Source of the DNA: Candidatus Bathyarchaeota archaeon
GTDB lineage: Archaea > Thermoproteota > Bathyarchaeia > TCS64
Length of the DNA: 64,000 nucleotides
Assembly: GCA_016783485.1 (NCBI GenBank)
Contig: JADHWM010000001.1
Coordinates: forward strand, 10,181-74,180
Reading direction: 5' to 3'
Below are positions 38,431 to 48,149 of this stretch, piece by piece. Made by a program: the position numbers and the translations under genes. The notes beneath the pieces were generated by a model. The model saw only the letters and a list, made by a program, of their open reading frames with translations. It did no database searches and was not told where the DNA came from. The stretch's first letter is position 1; each line of letters begins with the position of its first letter.

Positions 38431-39456
38431 ATGCACGTGGTGAAAGTCGTGGTGAGCGGGATACCCCGGGGCTACCAGATGCCCCGGGAGGACGGCAACT
38501 GGCTCCTGGAGAAGCATAGGCGACAGATCATGTCCGTCTCCTCCGATGTGGAGCTGGTCGAGATGCCCCAGGGAGAGGTGCACAGGGTCGGCGGGATGGT
38601 TGAGGGTGTCGAGGTCCTCCTCGCCGAGGGGGGGAACACGATCCATTACGGGGAGGAGCTGGACCGGGAGGACTATCTCAAGTTCTTCACCCCGAGCCTG
38701 AGGTTGGTCCAGCTCTGCAGCACGGGGTTCAGTGACAACATCACCCCGGAGATCATCAGTGGGGAAGTAGTACTCACCAACGCCCCCGGGATCCACACAA
38801 TACCTATCGCGGAGAGCGTAGTCGCTGCGATGCTCGACCACGCGAAGAGGCTGAAGCAGAGACGGATAGATCAGAGCGATCACGTGTGGGGAAACGTCAA
38901 GCTCAGTGAGCTCTACGGGAGCACGGTCCTACTGCTGGGACTCGGGAACATCGGGAGGCGGGTCGCCAGGCTTAGTAAATCATTCGAGATGAGGGTCATC
39001 GGCACCAAGAGGCGAATAGAGGAGGTGGAGAACGTGGACCTCGTCTTCCCCCCTGACGAGTTGAAACGATACCTCCGGGAGGCCGACTATATCGTCATCG
39101 CTGCGCCCCTCACCCACCTTACGGAGAACATGATAGGCCCCGAGGAGTTCGAGGCGATGAAGGATTCAGCCTATCTGATCAACGTGGGGAGGGGGAGGAT
39201 CGTGGATGAGGCCGCGATGGTCGAGGCACTTGGTGCGGGGAGCATCGGCGGAGCGTATCTCGACTGCCACGTGGAGGAGCCATTGCCCTTGGATCACCCT
39301 CTATGGGATATGGAGAATGTCCTCGTGATTCCCCACGACAGCCATTCCTCGCCCTTCATCGGGGACCGGATTGTGGATATCTTCTGCGAGAACCTCCGCA
39401 GATACCTGAAAGGAGATCCCCTACAACATGTCTGCGACCCCGCCCGGGGCTACTGA
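38431..39456 (+). CDS. D-isomer-specific 2-hydroxyacid dehydrogenase (glyoxylate/hydroxypyruvate reductase or PGDH-like)
   Basis: NAD loop LGLGNIGRRVARL, catalytic R/E/H positions, PLDHPLW. Confidence 0.8.
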   Translation: MHVVKVVVSGIPRGYQMPREDGNWLLEKHRRQIMSVSSDVELVEMPQGEVHRVGGMVEGVEVLLAEGGNTIHYGEELDREDYLKFFTPSLRLVQLCSTGFSDNITPEIISGEVVLTNAPGIHTIPIAESVVAAMLDHAKRLKQRRIDQSDHVWGNVKLSELYGSTVLLLGLGNIGRRVARLSKSFEMRVIGTKRRIEEVENVDLVFPPDELKRYLREADYIVIAAPLTHLTENMIGPEEFEAMKDSAYLINVGRGRIVDEAAMVEALGAGSIGGAYLDCHVEEPLPLDHPLWDMENVLVIPHDSHSSPFIGDRIVDIFCENLRRYLKGDPLQHVCDPARGY

Positions 39457-39510
39457 CCCGGGACCAAGGGTTTCATATATCTCGTCTTCAGTAACCCGAT
39501 CGATCGCACC

Positions 39511-39765
39511 GTGTCGGGTATCAGGGTCGAGGACGCAGGGGGGGCTCAGGCTTCGGCTAAACGCTTTTTGGCGGCCCAGTTCGGGCCAAAAAAGGTGAAG
39601 GAGGTGAGCTTCTCCAAGGCCTGGTACGCGACGGGGGCCCAGAGGGACATCTGGGAGGTGGAGGGGGACGCCGTGGTGAAGACGGGCTGGTTCAGCAAGG
39701 AGACGGTCCACTTCAAGTTCCAGGTGGACCCCATCACGGGGAACGTCATCGCCTTCGAGATCTGA
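39511..39765 (+). CDS. Hypothetical small protein (84 aa)
   Basis: GTG-start ORF with typical codon bias; no motif. Confidence 0.3.
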   Translation: MSGIRVEDAGGAQASAKRFLAAQFGPKKVKEVSFSKAWYATGAQRDIWEVEGDAVVKTGWFSKETVHFKFQVDPITGNVIAFEI

Positions 39766-39782
39766 CCTGAAAAGACTGGAAG

Positions 39783-40394
39783 CTAGCTCTTCTCCAGCAG
39801 CCCCCCGTAGTGCTCTTGGACCTCGCTTATCCTGCCGCAGGTGAACCTCCCCTCGGGGCAGTATCCTAGCTGGCAGCAGTAGGGGCCGGACTCCTTGAAG
39901 AGGTCGGGGGCCACGGTTAAAACCTTGAGGAGCATCACGTCCGCCAGGATCTTGATCTCCCATTGGGCCCGTTCACAGCATCGTAGCCCGAAGAAGTGGT
40001 TGAGAGATCCGCCGTCCATTGTCATGAGCAGGCTGGTCTGGGCGGCGTTCGGTAGGACGAACCGGGCGTCCTCCTTGGGGACGCCGGATTCCACCAGTTT
40101 CCTGTATGCTTCACCGGAGGCGTCTACGAGATCCTTGAATGTCTCGGATTCATCTCCAATGGATCCGGGGGTGACGACCCTTTCGCTGAGCCTTTTCCCT
40201 GTGATGTATCTCTGGCTCTGCTGGGAGTAGGAGGCCGCCCGGTGCCGGACGAGTTGGTGGCTGCAGGCTCGGCTTATCCCCTCGATGGCGAAGGTGAAAG
40301 CCGTGTGGGGAAGGAGGTCGTTCTCCGTGAGACCTTCCTTGGAGACGTTCTTTAACAGTTCAACAGGTGTGTGGCTCAGGAGTTCGGCCCTCAT
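39783..40394 (-). CDS. thyX: Flavin-dependent thymidylate synthase ThyX (catalytic ORF)
   Basis: ThyX signature RHRAASYSQQSQRY, R..LPNAAQT, NHFFGLRCCERAQWEI. ATG at 40394 overlaps the TGA of the upstream thyX-like ORF (ATGA). Confidence 0.85.
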   Translation of the reverse strand: MRAELLSHTPVELLKNVSKEGLTENDLLPHTAFTFAIEGISRACSHQLVRHRAASYSQQSQRYITGKRLSERVVTPGSIGDESETFKDLVDASGEAYRKLVESGVPKEDARFVLPNAAQTSLLMTMDGGSLNHFFGLRCCERAQWEIKILADVMLLKVLTVAPDLFKESGPYCCQLGYCPEGRFTCGRISEVQEHYGGLLEKS

Positions 40395-40804
40395 TTCTGT
40401 CTCTCCCTCAATGCCTTTAGAGAGGGGGCGAGCTTCCTCACCGAGTCGACGAGGGTGTCCCCGAATCCAGCTCTCTCTTTCTCCGAGTATTCCAGAATGG
40501 TCCGGAGGTTGGCGCTCATGAGCCATTTGCTCTCGCCGATGGGGGTGCAAGTGAAGAACCTGTTCTCGAGTATTATCCTGAGGACTTCCCCTTCGGTGGC
40601 CTCAAGGGTCCAGGTGAACCTGTTATGTTCCAGGATGCTCCCGTGCTGCAGCTCGAGTCTCCCAACGGCCGTCCTGACCTTTTGGGGGTAATTCTTCAGT
40701 CGCTTGTAGAGGGTGGAGGGTTCGGCTCCGCTGGTCGTGGTGAGCATCGCCGTGGCGATCAGCGTCTCGACGTCCGGGGTGTGACAGATTAGCTCCAGTT
40801 TCAC
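40391..40804 (-). CDS. ThyX-like N-terminal half-domain protein lacking the RHR..S motif (degenerate paralog or split thyX)
   Basis: MKLELICHTPDVETLIATAMLTTTS and HGSILEHNRFTWTLEA resemble the ThyX N-terminal strands; no Ser/Arg catalytic motif. Confidence 0.5.
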   Translation of the reverse strand: MKLELICHTPDVETLIATAMLTTTSGAEPSTLYKRLKNYPQKVRTAVGRLELQHGSILEHNRFTWTLEATEGEVLRIILENRFFTCTPIGESKWLMSANLRTILEYSEKERAGFGDTLVDSVRKLAPSLKALRERQK

Positions 40805-40830
40805 GACATATTCCCCCTAGGGGGATTAGG

Positions 40831-41100
40831 TTAGACCGGGGGCATCTCGGATTTCTTAGGCTTGGCCTTTAGTTCTGGGGGTATGTCTACGGCCCTCACG
40901 ACGTTGATGGTGTTGATCACATAGATGGGTGCGCCGTCGGGCTCGAAATTCTTGAGCCTCTTGACCCCCCGGAGGACGAGCTTCACCTTGAGGGTGGTGC
41001 CGTCGCTGAGGGTGTATGTGTTCCAGTTCTCCTCGACCTCCTTGAAGTCGAGGTCGACGCTCCCTGCGAGGGCCCCCATGGGCAGTTTCTGCATGGACAT
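40831..41100 (-). CDS. Hypothetical protein (89 aa), first gene of the thyX operon
   Basis: ORF 26 nt upstream of the thyX-like ORF on the same strand. Confidence 0.3.
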   Translation of the reverse strand: MSMQKLPMGALAGSVDLDFKEVEENWNTYTLSDGTTLKVKLVLRGVKRLKNFEPDGAPIYVINTINVVRAVDIPPELKAKPKKSEMPPV

Positions 41101-41189
41101 ATCACCCTCCTGTATAGGGGGGCGTGTATTTACTCTTTCTCACGGCGAACCTTTAAGACTGGCTGTTCATTAGATTTGTTGATAAAAAA

Positions 41190-41780
41190 ATGTCAGCTTG
41201 GGACGATTGGTTCAAGAGGCTCAAGGAGCGGAAGGGATTTTTCTTCCCCGAGATCGATAAGATGATCGACGATATGGAGAAGGAGATGGCGGATTCCTTT
41301 AGGGACATGGAGAACCTGATGCCTCGAGACATGGTCAGGGTCAGGCGCCTCCCCGACGGCTCTGTCCGACGGGAGTACGGCCCCTTCGTTTACGGTTATT
41401 CGGTGAAGATCGGCTCCGACGGGAAGCCCATCGTCAGGGAGTTCGGAAACATGAAGCCCGGGCCGGGGGGCGAGAAGGGGTTTCCCCTCAACCTACAGGA
41501 TCAGAGGGAGCCCCTGGTGGACGTCATCGACGAGGAGGATCAGATCAAGGTGCTCGCCGAGCTCCCGGGCGTGGACAAGGAGGACATACACCTATACGTC
41601 GACGAGCACACCCTCACCATCAAGGTGGAGACCAAGGAGAGGAGGTACCACAAGGAGCTGGCTCTCCCCGACGAGATCGAGAGTTCATCCTCGAGGTCCA
41701 CATACAGGAACGGCGTCTTGGAGACCGTGCTCAAGAAGAAGAAGCGTAGGGACACGGGCACCCGCATCAGCATCGAGTGA
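41190..41780 (+). CDS. Hsp20/alpha-crystallin family small heat-shock protein
   Basis: ACD pattern DVIDEEDQIKVLAELPGVDKEDIHLYV...YRNGVLETVLKK. Confidence 0.75.
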   Translation: MSAWDDWFKRLKERKGFFFPEIDKMIDDMEKEMADSFRDMENLMPRDMVRVRRLPDGSVRREYGPFVYGYSVKIGSDGKPIVREFGNMKPGPGGEKGFPLNLQDQREPLVDVIDEEDQIKVLAELPGVDKEDIHLYVDEHTLTIKVETKERRYHKELALPDEIESSSSRSTYRNGVLETVLKKKKRRDTGTRISIE

Positions 41781-41782
41781 GG

Positions 41783-42883
41783 CTACTCGATCCAGGCGAG
41801 ACCCATCTTCAGCGGGGATTCCATTTTTTTCCCTGCGCCGATGGCCCAGCGGAACCTCTCCAGGGGGCTGGGCTGGCTCCAGAACCACTCGAAGACATGG
41901 TACTCTATCCCGGATGATTCCATGGTTTCGAGGCCGTATCCGTGAATCATCTCCAATCTGATCCCATGGCGCCTCGCCTCATCCACCAGGCTCGGATTGT
42001 CTCGCAGGGCCATGGTGGGGTCCATGAACATGAGACCCTTGACGGGGGTGAACAGGGTCCTGTTCTCTCCCTCGGGATGTGATGCGGTGCCGTCCGCGAC
42101 CTTGAGGAGGGCCATAAGATAGGCCGAGGGGTCCCCCGTCTGGTCGACGGCGTATCTGTCGCCCCAGGAGGAGGTCGGTCGGGTGGCGGTGACGTATTGG
42201 GACACCGTGAGGGCGAAGGGGATGTACCCCAGGGCAGCCAGGGCCTTGTCGAATAACCGCTCCCCGCCGTTGCCCACCCTTCTCGCAATGTATCTGCCCG
42301 TCAACCGGTAAGAGAGTATGAGGAGCCCGGTGAACATCGTCGCGGCGCCCAGGAAACCTGACTTCGAGGCGCCGATCATGTAGGCGATTACTGCCCTCAT
42401 CTCACGGTAGCTGAGTCGGTGCATCAAGCCCCTAGTGAAGAGGAGGACCGGCCCCCCCGTCAGTGAGGCTACCGTCACCGCATTGGGGGATTCTGAATCG
42501 ATTACTCCAACCTTAGTTATCTTGATCCCTGCCCTGCCAGCTTCCCCCTGGATTAGAGCCCACAGGACCGGGTCGGCTGCCTCGTCGAGCCACCTGGGGT
42601 CTAGATGGTTGACGACCTGGCTGGAGCCCATCAGCAGCTCGACGGCCAGCGAGGCGACCGAGACCAGGAATCCAGCCGCTGTCACGGTGACTGGGTCGAA
42701 TCTCAGCAGCAGGGACAGGAGGACCCATGAGAGGGTGAAGAAGAACGCAAAGTGTATCGCGAAGTGAATGGCTATGGCCGGGCGGAGCCTGGCTTTGAGT
42801 CTCCACATGGGGCGTAGAGGAAATAGCCGGCGAAGGTAAATATCTGTTGTGAGACGCCCGACGATTACTGTGAATTCGAACAC
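41783..42883 (-). CDS. HtpX/M48-like membrane protein with degenerate active site (HEXXH replaced by YMIGA)
   Basis: NAVTVASLTGG...LSYREMRAVIAYMIGASKSG aligns to HtpX NAFATG...LNREELEAVIAHEISHIANGD. Confidence 0.6.
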   Translation of the reverse strand: MFEFTVIVGRLTTDIYLRRLFPLRPMWRLKARLRPAIAIHFAIHFAFFFTLSWVLLSLLLRFDPVTVTAAGFLVSVASLAVELLMGSSQVVNHLDPRWLDEAADPVLWALIQGEAGRAGIKITKVGVIDSESPNAVTVASLTGGPVLLFTRGLMHRLSYREMRAVIAYMIGASKSGFLGAATMFTGLLILSYRLTGRYIARRVGNGGERLFDKALAALGYIPFALTVSQYVTATRPTSSWGDRYAVDQTGDPSAYLMALLKVADGTASHPEGENRTLFTPVKGLMFMDPTMALRDNPSLVDEARRHGIRLEMIHGYGLETMESSGIEYHVFEWFWSQPSPLERFRWAIGAGKKMESPLKMGLAWIE

Positions 42884-43093
42884 GGATTCGAACAGTTCAT
42901 CGTAGCAACCTATTTAATGGGCAGCGAGTTGGTAGAGACTGGCCGATGATGTGAAGGCATTAGAGAGATTTGTGATCGATCAGAGTTACACTGAGGCCAC
43001 CTTTTATCCCCGCAACCACATCAATCAGGCTTCTATCAGGCGGACGCCTCTATCCGGTTAGATTTAAAGCGCCCTCCAACCAAGGAAGAGGGG

Positions 43094-43351
43094 ATGCCGC
43101 CCCTCAAGGTCGCCCCCCTCGCCTTCGAGAGCCTCGGAGCCCGGAGTTCTACTCTATCGGTCGAGACCGACGATTTGAAGATCGTCATGGATCCCGCGGT
43201 GTCCCTCGCCCCTAAAAGGATCGGCCTTCCACCGCACACGGTTGAGGAGGAGGCAGGGGTCTCGGTGGGGCTCGCCGCAGAGTTTTTAGATGTCAAGCCA
43301 TCTCTGCTAGAGGCGAGAAGAAAGAAACTCTTCGGGAAAGCTGAGATCTGA
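43094..43351 (+). CDS. Hypothetical small protein (85 aa)
   Basis: ORF ending 1 nt before the coiled-coil gene. Confidence 0.25.
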   Translation: MPPLKVAPLAFESLGARSSTLSVETDDLKIVMDPAVSLAPKRIGLPPHTVEEEAGVSVGLAAEFLDVKPSLLEARRKKLFGKAEI

Positions 43352-43352
43352 G

Positions 43353-44210
43353 ATGGCCACTGACGACATGGATGCCCTGGAGTCCCAGGCGTCTGCGCTA
43401 TTCGAGAAGCGGGACGGGTTCAACAAGGAGAGGGAGACCCGGATAAGGGAGAGGGACCGCTTCAACGAGTCCGTGAAAGAACTGCAGGCGAAAGCTAGGA
43501 ACGCAAAGGCCGAGAGGGACGGCGTGAACGCGAGGGTCGCTGAACTCAAAGGGAGGCTCGGGGGTCTTAGGGAGCGACTGGAGGCGAAGCGGGAGGCCGC
43601 GGGAGAGATCCATGACGAGAACGATGAGAGCAGGGGGAGGCTGAGGCCCCGATGGAGGCTTTTGGAGGAGCTCAGGGAGATAGAATGGGAGCTCTCCACC
43701 ACACCCACCCTGGAGATAAAGGACCGGGAGGCGGAGCTCATCGAGAGGGCGAAGCACCTGAAGACCCAGGTAGAGGAGCACAGAAAGCTCGACACCCGGG
43801 ACGACATGTACCTGATGTCCCTCGCCGACTCGAATGCTGTCGGGATGGAGATCCGGAAGATCCGGGAGGAGATGGACGGCCTTCGGGAGACGGGTCAGGA
43901 GCATCACGAGAGGATGCTCGCCTTCTACAGGCAGGCAGACGAGGAGAGGAAGAGATCCGACGAGGCCCACAAAAAGTTCGTGGAGGCCCTCGAATCCCTC
44001 AGGGAGGTAAACGCGGAGCTCGACAAGATCATCCCAGAGCTGAAGAAGATACGGAAGCTCTCCCAGGATGAGGCGCGTTTCCTTGCGGAGAAACGAAACA
44101 AGGTCATGGCGGAGAAGAAGAAGGAGCTCGCCGAGGAGGCGAGACTTAAACTAGAGGCCGGGGAGAAGCTCAGCCTCGATGAGATGAAGCTCATCTACGG
44201 CGAGGAATAG
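43353..44210 (+). CDS. Archaeal coiled-coil protein (COG1340-like); hypothetical
   Basis: 285 aa, almost entirely charged heptad repeats (E/K/R-rich). Confidence 0.4.
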   Translation: MATDDMDALESQASALFEKRDGFNKERETRIRERDRFNESVKELQAKARNAKAERDGVNARVAELKGRLGGLRERLEAKREAAGEIHDENDESRGRLRPRWRLLEELREIEWELSTTPTLEIKDREAELIERAKHLKTQVEEHRKLDTRDDMYLMSLADSNAVGMEIRKIREEMDGLRETGQEHHERMLAFYRQADEERKRSDEAHKKFVEALESLREVNAELDKIIPELKKIRKLSQDEARFLAEKRNKVMAEKKKELAEEARLKLEAGEKLSLDEMKLIYGEE

Positions 44211-44564
44211 CCCCTTGTTCGAGGCGCGTAATGGGATACCCCCCTTATTTGGATCGAATTTCAGTCTCAGATATCTAGTAGTGTGTACGGGGATCGATAA
44301 AGCGGAGCGGCCAAGGAAGAAATAGGGTCTGCTCCTTACTGAAGGTTCTTTCCCGTACGAGTATTGAATACTAAACCTGAATCACATGCGTGCAGATGGG
44401 TTCATGTTTAGAACTATTCGTTCTGATATTGGATACTGTTTTTCTGCAGAGGGTTTTTCCCGGGTGAGGGATCCGATTTCCATAAACGGGAATTAATGAC
44501 CAAATTCGTTAGAGAATCCTTTTATCAAAATAATATCTATAAAGAGTCGTGAAAAGGGGGAGAA

Positions 44565-44918
44565 TTGATGAAAGAACTTTATTTATCGGAGTACAAGAAG
44601 TATCTTCCGAGCGCAAACAACCTTACTATCATCTATACTAGTCTATTGAGGATGAAGAAGAAGGTAGGCAAGTTCATCAGGGATACCATTCCCAGCCGAA
44701 CTATCTTCCTGCAGGAGGTGAAGACAGAGGTCTGGAAGGAACTCTCTCTGATCTACTACAAGTACGAGGACAGCTATCAGAAGAGGGCTTTCAGGGAGGT
44801 GATCTCGGAGATATCGGAGAGCATCAACGACGGGAACTGGGGAACGGTCAACAACAAGCTGTACAGGTTCGAGCAGTTGAGCAGGAACAGTCCTTCCATG
44901 CCGTCCATCGATTTTTAG
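44565..44918 (+). CDS. Hypothetical protein in a low-GC island
   Basis: 117-aa ORF of about 40% GC in a roughly 60% GC genome; K/Y/I-rich. Confidence 0.3.
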   Translation: MMKELYLSEYKKYLPSANNLTIIYTSLLRMKKKVGKFIRDTIPSRTIFLQEVKTEVWKELSLIYYKYEDSYQKRAFREVISEISESINDGNWGTVNNKLYRFEQLSRNSPSMPSIDF

Positions 44919-44985
44919 TCACTTATTTTATCTTCTTGGGCACTCTGATTGCGAGTTCTCATTGAAGCAAGGTTTTCGAATGCCT

Positions 44986-45822
44986 TTACCATATGGAGGC
45001 TCCGGCGCTGACATTGATGTCCTGCCCGGTGATGCTCCCTGCCTCATCCGATGCGAGGAACAGCGCCATCTGGGCCACGTCCATGTGGCTGATGAGCGCC
45101 TCGACGTAACCCTCGCCCACAAGATACTTGCCCCCGAGCACCCCCCGCTCCCTCATCTCGACGAAACGTTCCCTTGCGGCGTCGGAGTCGAAGGGCTCCC
45201 CGAGGTAGGCCGCCAGGTCCCTCAGGACCTCGACGTTCCTCTCCCCCCCGGGGTTCCCGGGGCAGATCGCGTTCGCGGTGATGTTGTGCCTCCCCACCTC
45301 CAGGGCCAGTATCCGGGTGAAGCCGATGATCCCCATCTTGGTGGTCGCGTAGGGGGTCCTGTACGGGTAGGGGCTCTTCACTATGGTCGAGCTGAAGTTG
45401 ATGATCCTCCCGTAGTTCTTCCTGATCATCTCCGGGACCACGGCCTTGGTGCAGAGGAATGTGCCCCCCAGGTTAACCTCCATGGTCCTGTTCCACTCGG
45501 GCAGCGTCAGCTCCCACGTCTTCTTGGTGGGCCCGCCTATCCCCACGTTGTTGACCAAGATGTCGATGGTGCCGAACTCGTCGATGGTCGACTCCACCAT
45601 GGAGTTCACCTGGGCCTCGTCCGAGACGTCCGTTTGGGAACACAACACCTTCCCTCTTTTGGCCTCGATCTTCGCCCCCACATCTCGCCTGAGTTCCTCC
45701 AGAGGGACGATGTCGCAGATCGAGACCGCGGCTCCCTCGGATGCGAAGAGTTCAGCCATCGCCTTCCCGAAGCCTCTCCTGCATCCCGTTATCAGCGCGA
45801 CTCTGCCGTCTAGTCTTCCCAT
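44986..45822 (-). CDS. SDR-family NAD(P)-dependent oxidoreductase
   Basis: ALITGCRRGFGKAMA cofactor loop, NNVG, YATTKMGIIGFTRILALE catalytic YxxxK. Confidence 0.85.
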   Translation of the reverse strand: MGRLDGRVALITGCRRGFGKAMAELFASEGAAVSICDIVPLEELRRDVGAKIEAKRGKVLCSQTDVSDEAQVNSMVESTIDEFGTIDILVNNVGIGGPTKKTWELTLPEWNRTMEVNLGGTFLCTKAVVPEMIRKNYGRIINFSSTIVKSPYPYRTPYATTKMGIIGFTRILALEVGRHNITANAICPGNPGGERNVEVLRDLAAYLGEPFDSDAARERFVEMRERGVLGGKYLVGEGYVEALISHMDVAQMALFLASDEAGSITGQDINVSAGASIW

Positions 45823-45901
45823 GTGAACGCCTCTGGTAGCATATCCTGTGTGGGCTAAAGAAATGTTCGGGATTCCCCCCTGGGTTCTAGGAACGTCTTA
45901 T

Positions 45902-46852
45902 TCAAGTCCTTAGGATGGGGCAGGTCATGCAGTGGATGCCCCCGTTCCCCTTCCTCATCTCCTCCCCCGGGATCTGGATGACCTCTATCCCCCGTTTCCT
46001 CGCCTCCTCCATCACCCGGGGGTTCCCGGTGTAGTGGATAGCCAGATCCCTGTCGAGGGTGAGAAAGTTGGCAGCCATGTCGTGCCTCTCCTTGTCGGTG
46101 ATCTCCAGCAGGTCCCAGCCATTGTCCCCAAGCCACTCGATGTATGACCCCTCCCATGTCTCCTCCCGGGTGTGGAACACCGCCGGAGCATACTCCAATG
46201 TCTCAGGGTGAACCAGAGCGATCTTCCCGGGGAGCTCGGCGAAGTCGCCGTCGATGTGGATGTCGTCGGGGGGGACTTTCAGGACGATGAATGTGTCCGC
46301 CACCCCTTCCTCGAATAGGAAATCCCTTATGCCGTCGAGGGCGCCCCGGGTCGTCCTCTGGCAGAGGCCCGCCACCGCCACACGGTAATCCAGGAGGGCG
46401 AAGCCTCCTCCCTCGAAGGTCTCGGGTTCTTCGAGCCGGTGGCCGATGGGGACTCCGATGGCCTCGTGGGCCGCCTCGATGACGGGGGTCTCCCTGCGCC
46501 TCGAGGGGAGCCCCATCCTCATCAGGACTGCGCCGGCGTCGGTGACGAAGCTGCTGTCCCGGGTGAAGACGAGGTTGGGGCACCTCTCCACCTGAGCCGA
46601 GAGCCCGGGGTCGTCCCTGAGTAGTGAGCCGACGTCCAGGACCTCGGTCCCCGCCTCCTCGAGGGCGTCCATCAGGCTCCTGTGGTCCGAGATGAATCGC
46701 TCGATGTCCACGGGCTGGTCGAAGTGGTGCTCCACGGGGTTGGAGTTCGCCAGTTCCAGCTCCTTGCCGGGGTGGTGGACGAGGACCCGTTTCATGGGTC
46801 CGCTCTCGGAGGTGATTCCGTATCCGGGCATGGAGAGAAACACTGTGGTCAT
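45902..46852 (-). CDS. Amidinotransferase-superfamily protein (DDAH / arginine deiminase-like guanidino-group hydrolase)
   Basis: [12 protein letters not shown] and the C-terminal catalytic-Cys motif [12 protein letters not shown]. Confidence 0.6.
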   Translation of the reverse strand: MTTVFLSMPGYGITSESGPMKRVLVHHPGKELELANSNPVEHHFDQPVDIERFISDHRSLMDALEEAGTEVLDVGSLLRDDPGLSAQVERCPNLVFTRDSSFVTDAGAVLMRMGLPSRRRETPVIEAAHEAIGVPIGHRLEEPETFEGGGFALLDYRVAVAGLCQRTTRGALDGIRDFLFEEGVADTFIVLKVPPDDIHIDGDFAELPGKIALVHPETLEYAPAVFHTREETWEGSYIEWLGDNGWDLLEITDKERHDMAANFLTLDRDLAIHYTGNPRVMEEARKRGIEVIQIPGEEMRKGNGGIHCMTCPILRT

Positions 46853-46952
46853 CGCTCTTATGAGTTATGCAGGGGAGGGTGCGGGCTCAGCTGCGCGACT
46901 GTACGATAATTCTAAATCGTGATCGGATAGATGGAGGTGCGAGAGTGCGTAG

Positions 46953-48149
46953 ATGGTTAAGCTCAGGATCAGCTGGGGCGAGTATCGGAGGAGGATTGCG
47001 AGGGTCAGGGAGGTCATGGTGGAGAGGGGGCTCGACGCCCTCCTGCTCACGAGCGGGAAGAGCATGTTCTACGTCTCCCACTTCACCCACATGACCACGG
47101 AGCGGCCCGCCATCCTCCTGGTCCCCCCGGATGGGGACCTGATCTTCCTGGGGCCCCTCCTGGAGGCGGATCACCTGAGGCATCAGACGGGCCTCGTGGG
47201 GGAGGTGAGGACCTACCTCGACTACCCGGGGAAGGTGCATACGATCGACAAGTTCGCCGAGTGGCTCATCGACCTCGGATACAGGAAGGCCAAGATCGGA
47301 GCGGACAACCCCGCCGGGGCCTCCGGAGCCATGGGCTACACGGGCCCCCCGCTCCCCGAGAAGATGCCGGACGCCGAGTTCGAGAGGGCGGGGGACATCA
47401 TCTGGGCCATGAGGCTCTGCAAGTCGGAGGAGGAGATCGCCCTCATCAGGGAGAGCGCCATGTGGGGGAACCTCGCCCACCAGTACCTCCAGGACTACAC
47501 TGCGCCGGGGATGTGGGACGTCGAGGTGAGTCTCATGGCCAGCCTCGAGGCATCATCAGTCATGAAGAAGACGCTGGGACCCGAGTATGAGACCCTGAAA
47601 GGAAGAGCCCCCGCCTCCGCTGGATTCCGAGGCCAGGTGGGCTGGAAGTCCGCGATGCCCCACAGCATAGGGATCCCAAAGAAGATTGAGGAGGGGGACG
47701 TCCTGGTCACGGGTGCGGGCTCCGACGTGGGGGGCTACGGCAGCGAGCTGGAGAGGACCATGATCTTGGGGGAGCCCACGCCCAAGATGGAGAGGTACTT
47801 TCAGGTGATGGTGGAGTCCCAGGACGCCGCGATCGAGGCCCTGGGGCCCGGGGTGAAGTGCAGCGAGGTGGACCGGGCGTCGGGGAAGGTTATCCGGGAC
47901 GCAGGGTACACGGCCCTCATGAGGCACCACACGGGCCACGGCATCGGCCTCGAGGGGCACGAGCCCCCCTGGCTGGACATCGGGAACGACGCCGAGCTGA
48001 AGCCGGGGATGGTGGTGAGCATCGAGCCCGGGATCTACGAGCTGGGATACGCCGGGTTCAGGCACTCCGACACCGCGGTTATCACCGAGGACGGCTACGA
48101 GCTGGTGACCTACTACCCGAGGGACATCGAGTCCCTCACTATCCTATAG
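46953..48149 (+). CDS. M24-family metallopeptidase (Xaa-Pro aminopeptidase / prolidase / creatinase fold)
   Basis: Pita-bread domain metal ligands: D...D, HGIGLEGHEPP, EPGIY. Confidence 0.8.
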   Translation: MVKLRISWGEYRRRIARVREVMVERGLDALLLTSGKSMFYVSHFTHMTTERPAILLVPPDGDLIFLGPLLEADHLRHQTGLVGEVRTYLDYPGKVHTIDKFAEWLIDLGYRKAKIGADNPAGASGAMGYTGPPLPEKMPDAEFERAGDIIWAMRLCKSEEEIALIRESAMWGNLAHQYLQDYTAPGMWDVEVSLMASLEASSVMKKTLGPEYETLKGRAPASAGFRGQVGWKSAMPHSIGIPKKIEEGDVLVTGAGSDVGGYGSELERTMILGEPTPKMERYFQVMVESQDAAIEALGPGVKCSEVDRASGKVIRDAGYTALMRHHTGHGIGLEGHEPPWLDIGNDAELKPGMVVSIEPGIYELGYAGFRHSDTAVITEDGYELVTYYPRDIESLTIL

